From a virus (taxonomy: Duplodnaviria > Heunggongvirae > Uroviricota > Caudoviricetes), in the IMG/VR virus record IMGVR_UViG_3300049460_000121, positions 75,468 to 139,467 of that record: a DNA stretch of 64,000 nucleotides, one strand, 5' to 3'. The notes under the pieces are model-generated. The model was not told the origin of the DNA and made no database searches. It worked only from the letters and a program-made list of their open reading frames with translations. Below, piece after piece: positions 54,904 through 64,000 of this stretch; positions within the stretch are counted from its first letter, which is position 1; each line of letters opens with the position of its first letter. Position numbers and translations under genes: made by a program.

Positions 54904-55626
54904 TTATTGACGAAGCAACGTCTCAATTTTCTCAGGTCGATCCGAAGGATTCACCAATGCCGCAGTGATGCCATCGTTTGTATACGAGCCGCCTAATTTG
55001 GCTGTGACGTTGGTAGCGCCGACACTCACGTTCCGAAGAGGAATGTAAAGCGGTGTGAGGGACTCGGTATCCTTCTTCGCTTCAGGCCTTTGTCGGAAGT
55101 ACTTCGATGGATCTGCTGGATCCCGACAGAGGGCCGCTGAGACGTATTCCCAGATAGCAAAGTCAGCACCGATTGTCACACCGTTATACTTCTTGGTGTC
55201 GACAAACATTTTGGGGATATCTTCGTACCCGTAATACCAAGGGATACGACCTTTACCCAACATTTCGGTGTAGATGCGGTGGGGGAGGTTGTCGTTGACC
55301 ACCACATCGGTACTCGCGATAACAGCCGAACCTTTCTCGTAGAAAAGCTCGATATACGCCACATCATCAACGACGACCTTACCAATACGGTCCGGTTCAG
55401 TCCGGATCATAGCGGTCAACGTCGACGATGCGTAGTAGTTATCCTCCGTGATGATGGCCATGAAGCCGAGGATGTACGAGACATCCTCGATCTCAGCCAA
55501 GCCACGCTCAGAGAACCGTTCCGGGATATGAATCCGAAGCGGCTCCTGAGCGATGAGCTTGGTACCCACCTTCTTTAGAGCGCTATCAACGCGAGCCTTG
55601 GAACGTGTAAATTCCTTAGACTGCAT
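54904..55626 (-). CDS. Virion RNAP small subunit (phiKZ gp176-like)
   Basis: 240 aa, GRIPWY..Y, KLGGSY; synteny gp175-176-177-178. Confidence 0.7.
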   Translation of the reverse strand: MQSKEFTRSKARVDSALKKVGTKLIAQEPLRIHIPERFSERGLAEIEDVSYILGFMAIITEDNYYASSTLTAMIRTEPDRIGKVVVDDVAYIELFYEKGSAVIASTDVVVNDNLPHRIYTEMLGKGRIPWYYGYEDIPKMFVDTKKYNGVTIGADFAIWEYVSAALCRDPADPSKYFRQRPEAKKDTESLTPLYIPLRNVSVGATNVTAKLGGSYTNDGITAALVNPSDRPEKIETLLRQ

Positions 55627-55638
55627 CAGGACCTACCT

Positions 55639-57033
55639 TTATTCGGTGGTGGTGTCAACAACTGCGATCTGGCTGGCGACCCAATCGGAGATGTAACGCA
55701 GAGTGGCCAGGGTGCCGATCTCGCGTTGATCCAGACCAGGGTTCGCCTTCTCAACCGCCAGCATGGCAGCAACAACGCGACCCACGTCAGTGTGGCCGTA
55801 CCAAACGTTGCAGACAGCAGCAGCGATGATGATCGCAGGCTCAGCGCCTTGGGCAGGGCTTGCGTAGATGGCGTCAACGAATTCACGCAGACGGATCCAG
55901 GAACGACCGGCGTCATCGCCAGCCACTTGCAGGCCATTGCCTTCGCCGCAGACGTAAGCGTGGTCAGAGCGCAGGGATTCCAGAACACCCTTACGGATGA
56001 CCTGTTGCTTGCGCACTTCATGAGCCTGTTGACGGATGTTCTTGTCGCGGTTGTACGCGCCCATCATTTCTTTGATGGCTTCTTCAGTCACCATCAGCTC
56101 GCCACGGAACTTACGGCCCAGCAGCTCGTTACCGATAACCGCTTCAACCGACAGACCACGGGCCAACAGTTTGGCGTAAGCCTCACCGTTAACACGGATG
56201 TTGGTTGGGCTGTCGTCGCCAGTGATTGGGTACAGTGCCGAGGTGGCAGTGGACTGAGTCACACGGGCTACTTGAGTAGCGGCGATCTTGCCGACGTTGG
56301 CAGCGAAGATCTCGCGATCAGCGTTGTACTTGGAGAGGTTGCTTGCGACACCCTCTTTCGGTACTTCGATGTTCTTGAGAACGATCAGCAGTGGCAGGGC
56401 AGCATCAGGCGAAATACGCTTGACGTTCGACAGACCTTCCAGCGCAGCGACGACTTCGGTCAGGACCTGGCCGTTGTTTGCCATCAGCAGCTCGTCGAGC
56501 AGTTCGTTGAACTCGCCGTCATTGGTGACACGAACCAGTTCGCGCACTTCGTCAGGAGAGAACTTGCCGAAGAACGGGTTGCCGTCAACCGACTGAGGGA
56601 TGATCGAACCGTAGCCGCTCAGCAGACGCTCAGCAGTATCGGTCTTGAACACGTCCGGCAGGTACACCGGCAGAACGTTGTACGGGGAACGTGCCTGCGC
56701 TTCCGCAGCAACGTATTCGTCGAACAGACCGATCACGCGGCGGATGTGCGGCATGGTGGAGTTGCGGGCGAGGTCCAGAGTACGACGCACGGATTCGGCG
56801 GCCATGGTGACCACGGTACCCAACACACCGGCGTGTTCTTCGCCACGGGTCAGGTTGACCATTTCTTCGGCAGCAGCCGACAGGGTGTCAGAAGTGCGGT
56901 CGGTCAGTTCCAGAGGAGACTGGCGGCACAGCAAGGCCAACGGGGTATCGGGGATGGCAGCGAGCATCATGCCTTTGCTGGACGTATCCAGGGTCAGGTC
57001 AATAGCTGTCTTGGCGGATTGAGTGTCAAGCAT
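55639..57033 (-). CDS. Virion protein (phiKZ gp177-like)
   Basis: 464 aa, synteny. Confidence 0.65.
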   Translation of the reverse strand: MLDTQSAKTAIDLTLDTSSKGMMLAAIPDTPLALLCRQSPLELTDRTSDTLSAAAEEMVNLTRGEEHAGVLGTVVTMAAESVRRTLDLARNSTMPHIRRVIGLFDEYVAAEAQARSPYNVLPVYLPDVFKTDTAERLLSGYGSIIPQSVDGNPFFGKFSPDEVRELVRVTNDGEFNELLDELLMANNGQVLTEVVAALEGLSNVKRISPDAALPLLIVLKNIEVPKEGVASNLSKYNADREIFAANVGKIAATQVARVTQSTATSALYPITGDDSPTNIRVNGEAYAKLLARGLSVEAVIGNELLGRKFRGELMVTEEAIKEMMGAYNRDKNIRQQAHEVRKQQVIRKGVLESLRSDHAYVCGEGNGLQVAGDDAGRSWIRLREFVDAIYASPAQGAEPAIIIAAAVCNVWYGHTDVGRVVAAMLAVEKANPGLDQREIGTLATLRYISDWVASQIAVVDTTTE

Positions 57034-57217
57034 TGCCCTTCTCCATGATCGCTTTGGTCAGGCTGGCAGCTGCCAGGAGTTTGACGGACGACTGAGTGAT
57101 CTTCACCCCGTCCACCTCAGCGGCAATGTCGTTGCCAATAACTTCCAGCGCGATATCGCTGATCAGCTGAATGGCGTTCGCAAGTACCGGCAAATTCTTT
57201 GCTTCGTTCGGAGACAT
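57026..57217 (-). CDS. Small hypothetical protein (63 aa)
   Basis: GAGGT SD, ATG 57217. Confidence 0.6.
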   Translation of the reverse strand: MSPNEAKNLPVLANAIQLISDIALEVIGNDIAAEVDGVKITQSSVKLLAAASLTKAIMEKGNA

Positions 57218-57272
57218 ACTTACCTCGTAAATGAACATACCTCCAGCCCCGCAAGGAGCTGGAGGGGTTACG

Positions 57273-60200
57273 TTACTCGTCTGACCCGAAATACATCTCG
57301 TAGGCCAGTTCGCCGATGTAACGCAGGGTCGTGTTGGTGGTACCAATGATGAACGGACTGGTAATGATCCGGTCAATGAACGACTTGCATCCGAAGATCA
57401 TGTCGATCACTTCGCCTTCAACAGTCCGGTTGTCGCCGAACAGGATTTCCCCGACCGTAGACTTACCTTGGTTGCCCACAACGAGTTTGTCACCAACACC
57501 CATGCCAACTGGGTTGCTGATGTAAATCCGGATCAGAGCCTGATGCTCCTCCAGGTTATACCCGTCGATACGGACATTGCGATCGACCTCACCGGTTGTG
57601 TAGGTGTGGCCAAGACGCTTCGCTTCACGACGCCGACGTTTCTCGGACTCACTCACAATAATCTGCAAGCTTTCCGACATGTCCTCGTAACCACCGTTGT
57701 AGAAGACTTCGATCTTGGCGATCGTACCCACTACCGCAGCGCGAGGCGATTTGTCTGTCCAACGGCGCAGCGTCTCACGAGTGTCATCGTCAAACAACGA
57801 GGCGTCGCCGACAAGGTCGTCTTCAATGGTGCATAGAATTGTGTCTAAATCGACCGAATCCCCGACTTTGAGCAAGCCACTGATGTTTTGCTCGTAGTTG
57901 ATGGAGATCGATTTCGGCTTGGACACAACCGTACCCATCCGCTCAGCGAACGCTACCGACAGAGACGAGGAGTCTTCTACGGTGTACGTGGCTTCACGCA
58001 ATGCGATACGTCCCAGGCAACCCACCATGTAGTCCACACGGTGTTTGTCGAACGGAGACTCTTTGAAGAACCCGGTGTTGTAGGTAATGACGTCAAACTT
58101 CTTGACGGTATCGCCTTCCTTGAACTTCGAGACGAGTTGGTTCGGGTAGTAGGAACCTTCAGCCGTGGTGTGAACCAGACCGATGGGGTACCGTACCACG
58201 CTGTCCTTATACTCGACCGCGATGTGGGTATCGCTCAGCTCAATGACCTTGCCGGTGTCCGATGCAGTCGATGCAAACTCAGGACCCATACGGGACACCA
58301 GAGCACGCTCCATGCCAGTACGAATGCCTTGGGTTTCATAACCCACAGCCTGGATACCATGACCGTGTTGCACCGTGATGAAGTTGACCCGTTTAGGGTC
58401 GTCACCATCCGCTGCCGGAGACAGCAGTGCCGCTGTGGACATGATGCTCGCAGCACCATCGCGCTTCTTGTCGAAGAGACGAACAGTACCACGCACCGAA
58501 GTGATGTTGGAGTTAGGGGAGAGGTAGGTAATGATGCCCACGTCACCGGAGTCCACCGAACCTTCGGAGATGAAGCCCATGTCTTCGTCGGTGAACAGAC
58601 GAGCCTTCGCCGTCATGGCACGACGACTCCGACCACCTTTACCGCCAAACGTAATTACTTCACGTTCCCGCAGTTGGTGAATCGGGTTGATGTTGTTCAC
58701 TGGCGCTGTGGTTGGGTCCTTGATGATCTCATTCATGATCTCATTAGGGTTCACCACAATCGACGAGTTACCCGTAGCCGCCCGAGCGCTGTAAGCACGC
58801 ACCGAACGACTCAAGGTTTCGTAGATGTTACCAGCCACACGCTCGTAACCACGGACGCGCTCAAGCGATTCGACTTGCTGGTCCTTGTCCTTACGACGGG
58901 AAGGGACGTATTCGTCCGTAAGCAGGCTCACAGCACGGAACAGGAGTCCAGTGAAGGTAGTCGGCTCATTCATCCATTTCAGGATGTCTTCTGTAATAGG
59001 GTCAATGAACAGAGTGTTCATCATGTCGAGTTCGTTCAGGTAACGACGGCCAATGCCAGCACGTTCCAGGACAGCAGCGTAAACGTCTTTCTCATCGAAC
59101 AAGCCGATGTTGTACTCGCGGATGTGGGCGTGATACAAACTAAAGCCGCCCATGATCAACGAAGCGACGCGGTCGGTACGATCGAAGATCAGCGACTCGT
59201 TCTTGAAACGGATCGCGTATTCGTTCGGCCGCAGTTGCAGACGCTCACCAGCACCCACACGACGTGGTTTCAACTTCAGCAGCGACAACAGACCTTCAAG
59301 GCCCATCATGTACGCCAAGGCCACACCGATTGGAATCGACTTCGAGTAGATCTTGACCTCAGCCATGGTGATCGGAGCCTTGTCGACTTCGATACCCAGC
59401 ATCATCTCGAGCTTACCGAGGTCTTCACCTACATGGCCATCAGCGACCTGGTAGATGACTTCCTCAGGGTCCATGATCAGCGCACCTTTACGGTTACGAC
59501 CAACCAACACCCAACCTTTCTTCTCAAGCTTCAGATCAGATTCAGTGAACCCGAACTTCTGCACGCGGTGCTTGTAATCGAAACCGAACTTGTTCTGTCC
59601 GATGTCGAAGTACGAGATCTCAGTGGCCAACGTCGTGTAGATCGTCGGAACCTGGATCTTGTAATCCACGCACTTGGAGATGACCGCGTTCTTGATGTCA
59701 GGGTCCGCAGGGTTCTGGCACTTGTCCTTGATGATGTTCAGCACCCAAGCCGAGTAATCGAAACGCTTACGAGCGGAACGATCAACGAACACCTTGGCGT
59801 AGTAGCTGGTCAGAGCAACACGGGTAGGTCCGATCTTACGGAACGGCAAGTCAGCACGCTGCTTACGCATGCGGTAGCTGGTGCCATTATAAAGGAACGT
59901 CCCATCATCACGCAGACGAGGGATAGAGAACTTGACCGTGGAAGGCTTACCCACTGCCGGTACGAATCGAACCGTGTGGATCTCACGGTCGTTCATCGCG
60001 TCCTTTTCTTCCTCGATGCGGTAGTCGGTGATCGCCACTGGCGCCCGCTGCATCGACATCACAACGCGCAGGATGTCTTTCTTCATGACCTTCTGAATGT
60101 ACTGACGCTCCATGGCGTCAACACGACTCAGGCACAGAGACTTGTCGACCACGACAGCATCGTCAGTCAACACATCCGGCTCAACGATCACATCCGCTTC

Positions 60201-61514
60201 AGTCATGGTCATCGCTTCTTCAAGCGACTGACTGGAGTTGTACGGGTTGGTCAGCGACTTGAAGCTATCACTCACCCGGAACAGACGACGGTGTTCAGCC
60301 ACCGACAACACGCCTTTAGAGGCGAGCTCATCCGCTTTGTTACGGATAGCCTCACCTTCTTTAGGCGTCTCAGCGACTCGTGACAACATGTTGATGTCGA
60401 GGCTGGTATTCGACTTCACCAGTTCGTCATCTTCGTTGGTCGACTCAACCCCTGACTCGGCATCTTTCAGCCTGTCCAATTCATTGAGTTCGTCTTCCAG
60501 ACGCTTCATCTGCTCGGCATCAGTATCGTCGTTGCCAGAGATGAGTGCATCGTCTTCCGCATCCATCGCCTTGATCGTGGCTTCTGGATCTTCGTGGATG
60601 GTGTCTTCGTTGACTTCAGGTTCTGCCACCACTTCTTCAGCAATAGCCGAAGCCACAGGCGCAGCGGCCTGATGGATGATGGACATCAACTTCAATACAC
60701 GCAGTTCGAACAGGGTAGGATCCATCCCACCTTTCTTACCTTCGCCTGCACGGAAGCCATCTAGCCAACTCAGGTTAATAGCAACCCAGGAGTCGTTACG
60801 ACGAACGATGAAGTTGACCTTGCTGTACAACTCAGGAGAGAGCTTGGACAGCAGGGACTTCTCACGATGCTTACCGGCCCAGACAAACAGGTCAGCCAAC
60901 ATCTTCAGTTCTGGCGAGTTCAGCTTCTTCAGGTTCGACGGCGCAGGGTTAGCCGCAAACTCACGCAGGACCGTCAGGGCAGGCATGATAGCCGGCAAGT
61001 CGATCTCGATGAAGTGGGACCGTTTCGAATCAGGCCCAATCTCGTTGATCTTCTTCCACACCTGACTGTAGACGTTGTACCACTCGAAGTAACTCGCGCG
61101 GAAACTGATCGGGTAACGAACAAGGTGAGGAAGGAACGCGTAGTTGATGCAGACGAGACTGCGGGTGTCGTCCTCCAAGCGGACCATGTTCTTGAGCGGT
61201 CGGATCTGACGGTTCAGTCGACGGTACTCGGTCAGCAGAGTGTTAGGGTTGGCACCAGGTTTCGGGATTGGACCCCCGATGGCGTTCTCCATCTTGCTGA
61301 CGTTATCGACGTAGACGATACCAGGCACAACGCGCAGCAGTTCGTCGTTCATCCGAGGACCGAGACGAACCGCATCCGTTGTAACGAAGTGGAAGATCGA
61401 CTGCCGCGGCAGTTGCATCCGAGCGATCGGATACACCACCGGGGTATCGAAATGCGATCGACGGAAAAGCGTAAACCGCTTCTCATAAATCGCAGGTTGT
61501 AACATGTCAGACAT
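57273..61514 (-). CDS. rpoB: Virion RNA polymerase beta subunit (phiKZ gp178-like)
   Basis: 1413 aa; DDPKRVNF, EDS, GDKLVVGNQGKS, IDMIF. Confidence 0.92.
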   Translation of the reverse strand: MSDMLQPAIYEKRFTLFRRSHFDTPVVYPIARMQLPRQSIFHFVTTDAVRLGPRMNDELLRVVPGIVYVDNVSKMENAIGGPIPKPGANPNTLLTEYRRLNRQIRPLKNMVRLEDDTRSLVCINYAFLPHLVRYPISFRASYFEWYNVYSQVWKKINEIGPDSKRSHFIEIDLPAIMPALTVLREFAANPAPSNLKKLNSPELKMLADLFVWAGKHREKSLLSKLSPELYSKVNFIVRRNDSWVAINLSWLDGFRAGEGKKGGMDPTLFELRVLKLMSIIHQAAAPVASAIAEEVVAEPEVNEDTIHEDPEATIKAMDAEDDALISGNDDTDAEQMKRLEDELNELDRLKDAESGVESTNEDDELVKSNTSLDINMLSRVAETPKEGEAIRNKADELASKGVLSVAEHRRLFRVSDSFKSLTNPYNSSQSLEEAMTMTEADVIVEPDVLTDDAVVVDKSLCLSRVDAMERQYIQKVMKKDILRVVMSMQRAPVAITDYRIEEEKDAMNDREIHTVRFVPAVGKPSTVKFSIPRLRDDGTFLYNGTSYRMRKQRADLPFRKIGPTRVALTSYYAKVFVDRSARKRFDYSAWVLNIIKDKCQNPADPDIKNAVISKCVDYKIQVPTIYTTLATEISYFDIGQNKFGFDYKHRVQKFGFTESDLKLEKKGWVLVGRNRKGALIMDPEEVIYQVADGHVGEDLGKLEMMLGIEVDKAPITMAEVKIYSKSIPIGVALAYMMGLEGLLSLLKLKPRRVGAGERLQLRPNEYAIRFKNESLIFDRTDRVASLIMGGFSLYHAHIREYNIGLFDEKDVYAAVLERAGIGRRYLNELDMMNTLFIDPITEDILKWMNEPTTFTGLLFRAVSLLTDEYVPSRRKDKDQQVESLERVRGYERVAGNIYETLSRSVRAYSARAATGNSSIVVNPNEIMNEIIKDPTTAPVNNINPIHQLREREVITFGGKGGRSRRAMTAKARLFTDEDMGFISEGSVDSGDVGIITYLSPNSNITSVRGTVRLFDKKRDGAASIMSTAALLSPAADGDDPKRVNFITVQHGHGIQAVGYETQGIRTGMERALVSRMGPEFASTASDTGKVIELSDTHIAVEYKDSVVRYPIGLVHTTAEGSYYPNQLVSKFKEGDTVKKFDVITYNTGFFKESPFDKHRVDYMVGCLGRIALREATYTVEDSSSLSVAFAERMGTVVSKPKSISINYEQNISGLLKVGDSVDLDTILCTIEDDLVGDASLFDDDTRETLRRWTDKSPRAAVVGTIAKIEVFYNGGYEDMSESLQIIVSESEKRRRREAKRLGHTYTTGEVDRNVRIDGYNLEEHQALIRIYISNPVGMGVGDKLVVGNQGKSTVGEILFGDNRTVEGEVIDMIFGCKSFIDRIITSPFIIGTTNTTLRYIGELAYEMYFGSDE

Positions 61515-61527
61515 GGGGTGTTACTCC

Positions 61528-63240
61528 CTACGGAAGTTGGAGGCTATCAAGTACGGTAGAGAACTCACCTTCGATTGGCTTCGCGACGTGTTCGAAACGA
61601 CCGGTCAGGTTACGCACCACGAGGTCCGAGGTGTCGTAGCTCACAGATGCTCGTACCCGACCGTCTGGTTTGACCCATGCGTTACGCGTACCCAGATAGC
61701 CCTCGATCTCCTCCAGGGAGTCTTTGAGCATCAGGGTGGTCGCACTACCGGTGTCACCGTCGAAGTCAGCCCCAAGGCCTGCTAGGCGGCTTGGGTGTGG
61801 GGACTCAGAGTCGTGGTAGGTGGTCAAGCCTGGTTTCGGGTATTCCACAGCCAGGAAGTCATCGCCTTCCATCGCAGTCCACGTACTGTCGAGCTCTCTG
61901 CGCACTTCACCAATAGTAGTGGAACGGACATAGAGTCGGGACGGGTAGGTGGAGTCATCACCGGCAATTGGGTAACGTGTGATGGTGGTGAAGTGCTTCG
62001 CCCATTTGCTATAACCCGACAGGTAGATCAACTCCATCAGTGTGATGGGGTGAACGTCTTTTCTGTCGAAGCCTGGTGGGAGTTCGCTGATGTCGTGGAA
62101 GATACGGAAGGTGTCTTCGCCCAGATACACTAGAGCGAGGTAGCAACCCATGATCTCCACAGGACGATGGCGTGCTTCTACGTCGACGAGACTTTGGATC
62201 AATTCCCGCAGGCCGTCTTCGGTGGTCCACTTGTCCCGTTCATACGGAGGCAGACCCACCCAAGTGGTCGACAAGGTTTTCTTATCGATCAGAGGGATGT
62301 CACCTTCCATACCGCCCGAGACTTTCTCGAGCACACCGACGCGCAACCAGTGGATGACCAACGGCGCCATGGAACTGGCTGCCTGATAGACGCCCAACAC
62401 GGTGGAGTCGAAAGAAGGAACGTTCGGCGATTCCAGGTTTTGGCCCGAGGTGTTCATCGAGGTCAGTACGTTACGAGTACCGTCACGGACACGACGCGAC
62501 ATGAACTTGTCTTTAAAGAAGCCATCCTTGCCGCTGATGATCCCTTCAATATAAGCGTAGACTTCGTTCACGTTCATCTGGATGGAGCGGCGCACTGCGT
62601 CGTACGCAGAGGACTCCATGTCGGACGATTCGGTGATCGTGGAGGCGCTGGCAAGAATCCTGTAGTAGAAGTCATTGATTTCGTGTTTGGTTACGCGACC
62701 ATCTTCACCGGCTTCAACGTCGCGAAGACCAGCAGGCATGACAATGAACTGCTTCAAGGTCATGCGGTGACGCCACCGCTCAATAAAAGCAATACGACCG
62801 TTACGCGCTGGGGAACTGTTCTTGTTAAAGCGCAGTTGATCCAGATGCTGCATAAAGAATGAGTAGCCTGTCGAAGCATCATCACTGATACTCGCGACAA
62901 AGTCACCAGAGTCTTTATCGAACTTCGCCGTGCGTTTGCCGTCGAGGATCTCACGATAGAGTTCCTTGAGTTGGCAGAGTTCGCGGTAGATCTTTGGATG
63001 GAGCACACGTACTTTCAGGTTGATCTTGCCGTAGAGTTCATCGCGCTCTTTCGACCCAACCAGTCCGAAGATCCGGGTGGAGAACAAACCATCATCGTGG
63101 AAATCGGTACTGGCACCGTCGAAGATGTCGAGACGCGTGATCTCCGGAATCTGACGCAAGTCCTGAGGCTCTGCGTGGAGAATCCACAACATCACCGGGA
63201 GCATGTTCGTATTCATGCCGGGGAGTACATTTGTATTCAC
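61528..63240 (-). CDS. rpoC: Virion RNA polymerase beta' catalytic subunit (phiKZ gp180-like)
   Basis: GLFSTRIFG, PAGLRD, RYPI, GADFDGD. Confidence 0.93.
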   Translation of the reverse strand: MNTNVLPGMNTNMLPVMLWILHAEPQDLRQIPEITRLDIFDGASTDFHDDGLFSTRIFGLVGSKERDELYGKINLKVRVLHPKIYRELCQLKELYREILDGKRTAKFDKDSGDFVASISDDASTGYSFFMQHLDQLRFNKNSSPARNGRIAFIERWRHRMTLKQFIVMPAGLRDVEAGEDGRVTKHEINDFYYRILASASTITESSDMESSAYDAVRRSIQMNVNEVYAYIEGIISGKDGFFKDKFMSRRVRDGTRNVLTSMNTSGQNLESPNVPSFDSTVLGVYQAASSMAPLVIHWLRVGVLEKVSGGMEGDIPLIDKKTLSTTWVGLPPYERDKWTTEDGLRELIQSLVDVEARHRPVEIMGCYLALVYLGEDTFRIFHDISELPPGFDRKDVHPITLMELIYLSGYSKWAKHFTTITRYPIAGDDSTYPSRLYVRSTTIGEVRRELDSTWTAMEGDDFLAVEYPKPGLTTYHDSESPHPSRLAGLGADFDGDTGSATTLMLKDSLEEIEGYLGTRNAWVKPDGRVRASVSYDTSDLVVRNLTGRFEHVAKPIEGEFSTVLDSLQLP

Positions 63241-63295
63241 GATACAACGCTCCGTTTAAAGTTTATGGACTAACACCCCATTTTGAGAGGCTGTT

Positions 63296-64000
63296 ATGGC
63301 TAAGAAAGAAACAGTCAATTTCGACGATCTAAACCTCGACGACATTGACTTTGGGGGCGACTTCGATTTCAACACGGACGGTGAAATCAAGTTTGATGCG
63401 GATGATAGCCGCTCTCCAATTGAGTCGTTTACCACGTCTGTAAAAGATGGCCTGAAAGACCGAATCATGGACCGTGGTCTGATTCGTCGCCTTATGTCGT
63501 TCGCACTTCCGAAGGGCTATAGCCAGGCATTCAACGCATACGATTCCTTGTCGAACGGTGTCGCCGACATCTACAAGGATAATGCGGCTGAAATGCAGCC
63601 GTACATGGCCAAGACCAGCCGCTTCCTCAAACAGCAAAATCCGATGTTCAAACGGCTGTTGCCGAAGAATGCTCGGCAGGCGTTGGAGGACAGCGAGAAC
63701 GAAACCAGTTCGTGGTCAGGTGGTCAGGACGACAAGCTCAGCCAGGACATCGGTGGCATTGATAAGTTGCTTGGGATGGAAGCCCGCAACAAACTCGATG
63801 ACAACATCAGCGATGCTCGTCGTGAGGTTCGTGCTCGGAAGGAATTCAACACCACCACCGGCATCTCCATCGAGATGGGTAAGGCGATCGGTCGTCTGGT
63901 TCAATACCAAGACACCGTACTGATCAACTACCACCGGAAGTCGTTGGAACTGAAGTACCGCCACCTCGATGTGTCGATGCGGATGTTCCACGGCGCTGAA
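63296..64000 (+). CDS. N-terminus of a large tail tape-measure/cell-puncturing protein (phiKZ gp181-like), truncated
   Basis: GAGAGG SD, ATG 63296, open to the window end (MAKKETVNFDDLNLDD...); divergent from vRNAP beta'; TATG at 63264. Confidence 0.7.
   Translation, partial: MAKKETVNFDDLNLDDIDFGGDFDFNTDGEIKFDADDSRSPIESFTTSVKDGLKDRIMDRGLIRRLMSFALPKGYSQAFNAYDSLSNGVADIYKDNAAEMQPYMAKTSRFLKQQNPMFKRLLPKNARQALEDSENETSSWSGGQDDKLSQDIGGIDKLLGMEARNKLDDNISDARREVRARKEFNTTTGISIEMGKAIGRLVQYQDTVLINYHRKSLELKYRHLDVSMRMFHGAE

Noticed and set aside
1-64000. Introns, inteins, homing endonucleases, tRNAs, alternative genetic code
   Set aside because: Core genes are continuous and of expected size under the standard code; no HNH/LAGLIDADG/GIY-YIG motifs or tRNA cloverleaf seen by eye (tRNAscan-SE/Infernal would confirm)

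Overview
This is a 64-kb slice of a phiKZ-like, nucleus-forming jumbo phage (Chimalliviridae-type), densely coding and mostly on the minus strand. Family assignments come from motifs I can see plus recalled phiKZ gene order, not from database searches. The left arm (1-29 kb) is the conserved nucleus/replication block: split non-virion RNA polymerase (beta'-C, beta-C, sigma-like gp68-type, and beta'-N with NADFDGD), the PicA/Imp1 import factor, ChmC, an SbcD/Mre11 nuclease, chimallin (ChmA), the polymerase half of a split family-B DNA polymerase, an array of small overlapping genes, and tubulin PhuZ. The middle (29-46 kb) has accessory genes, a structured non-coding interval (31139-31555), terminase, baseplate/virion proteins, tail sheath and tube. 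The right arm has an early accessory cluster (46.7-52.6 kb), a processed head protein, prohead protease, virion RNAP subunits (beta, beta' with GADFDGD, gp176-like) and the start of the gp181-like tail protein. No tRNA, rRNA, CRISPR array, intron or mobile element was seen. Best leads: (i) a cluster of GNA-triloop ssDNA-type hairpins, a candidate replication origin; (ii) a multibranch structure in the chimallin leader that folds best on the antisense strand; (iii) shared RD/RS mixed-charge tails on chimallin, PicA and the gp70-like protein; (iv) an SSB-type DDDIPF tail on ChmC; (v) a recurring hairpin+TATGC element; (vi) a candidate nucleotide-sponge anti-defence gene.
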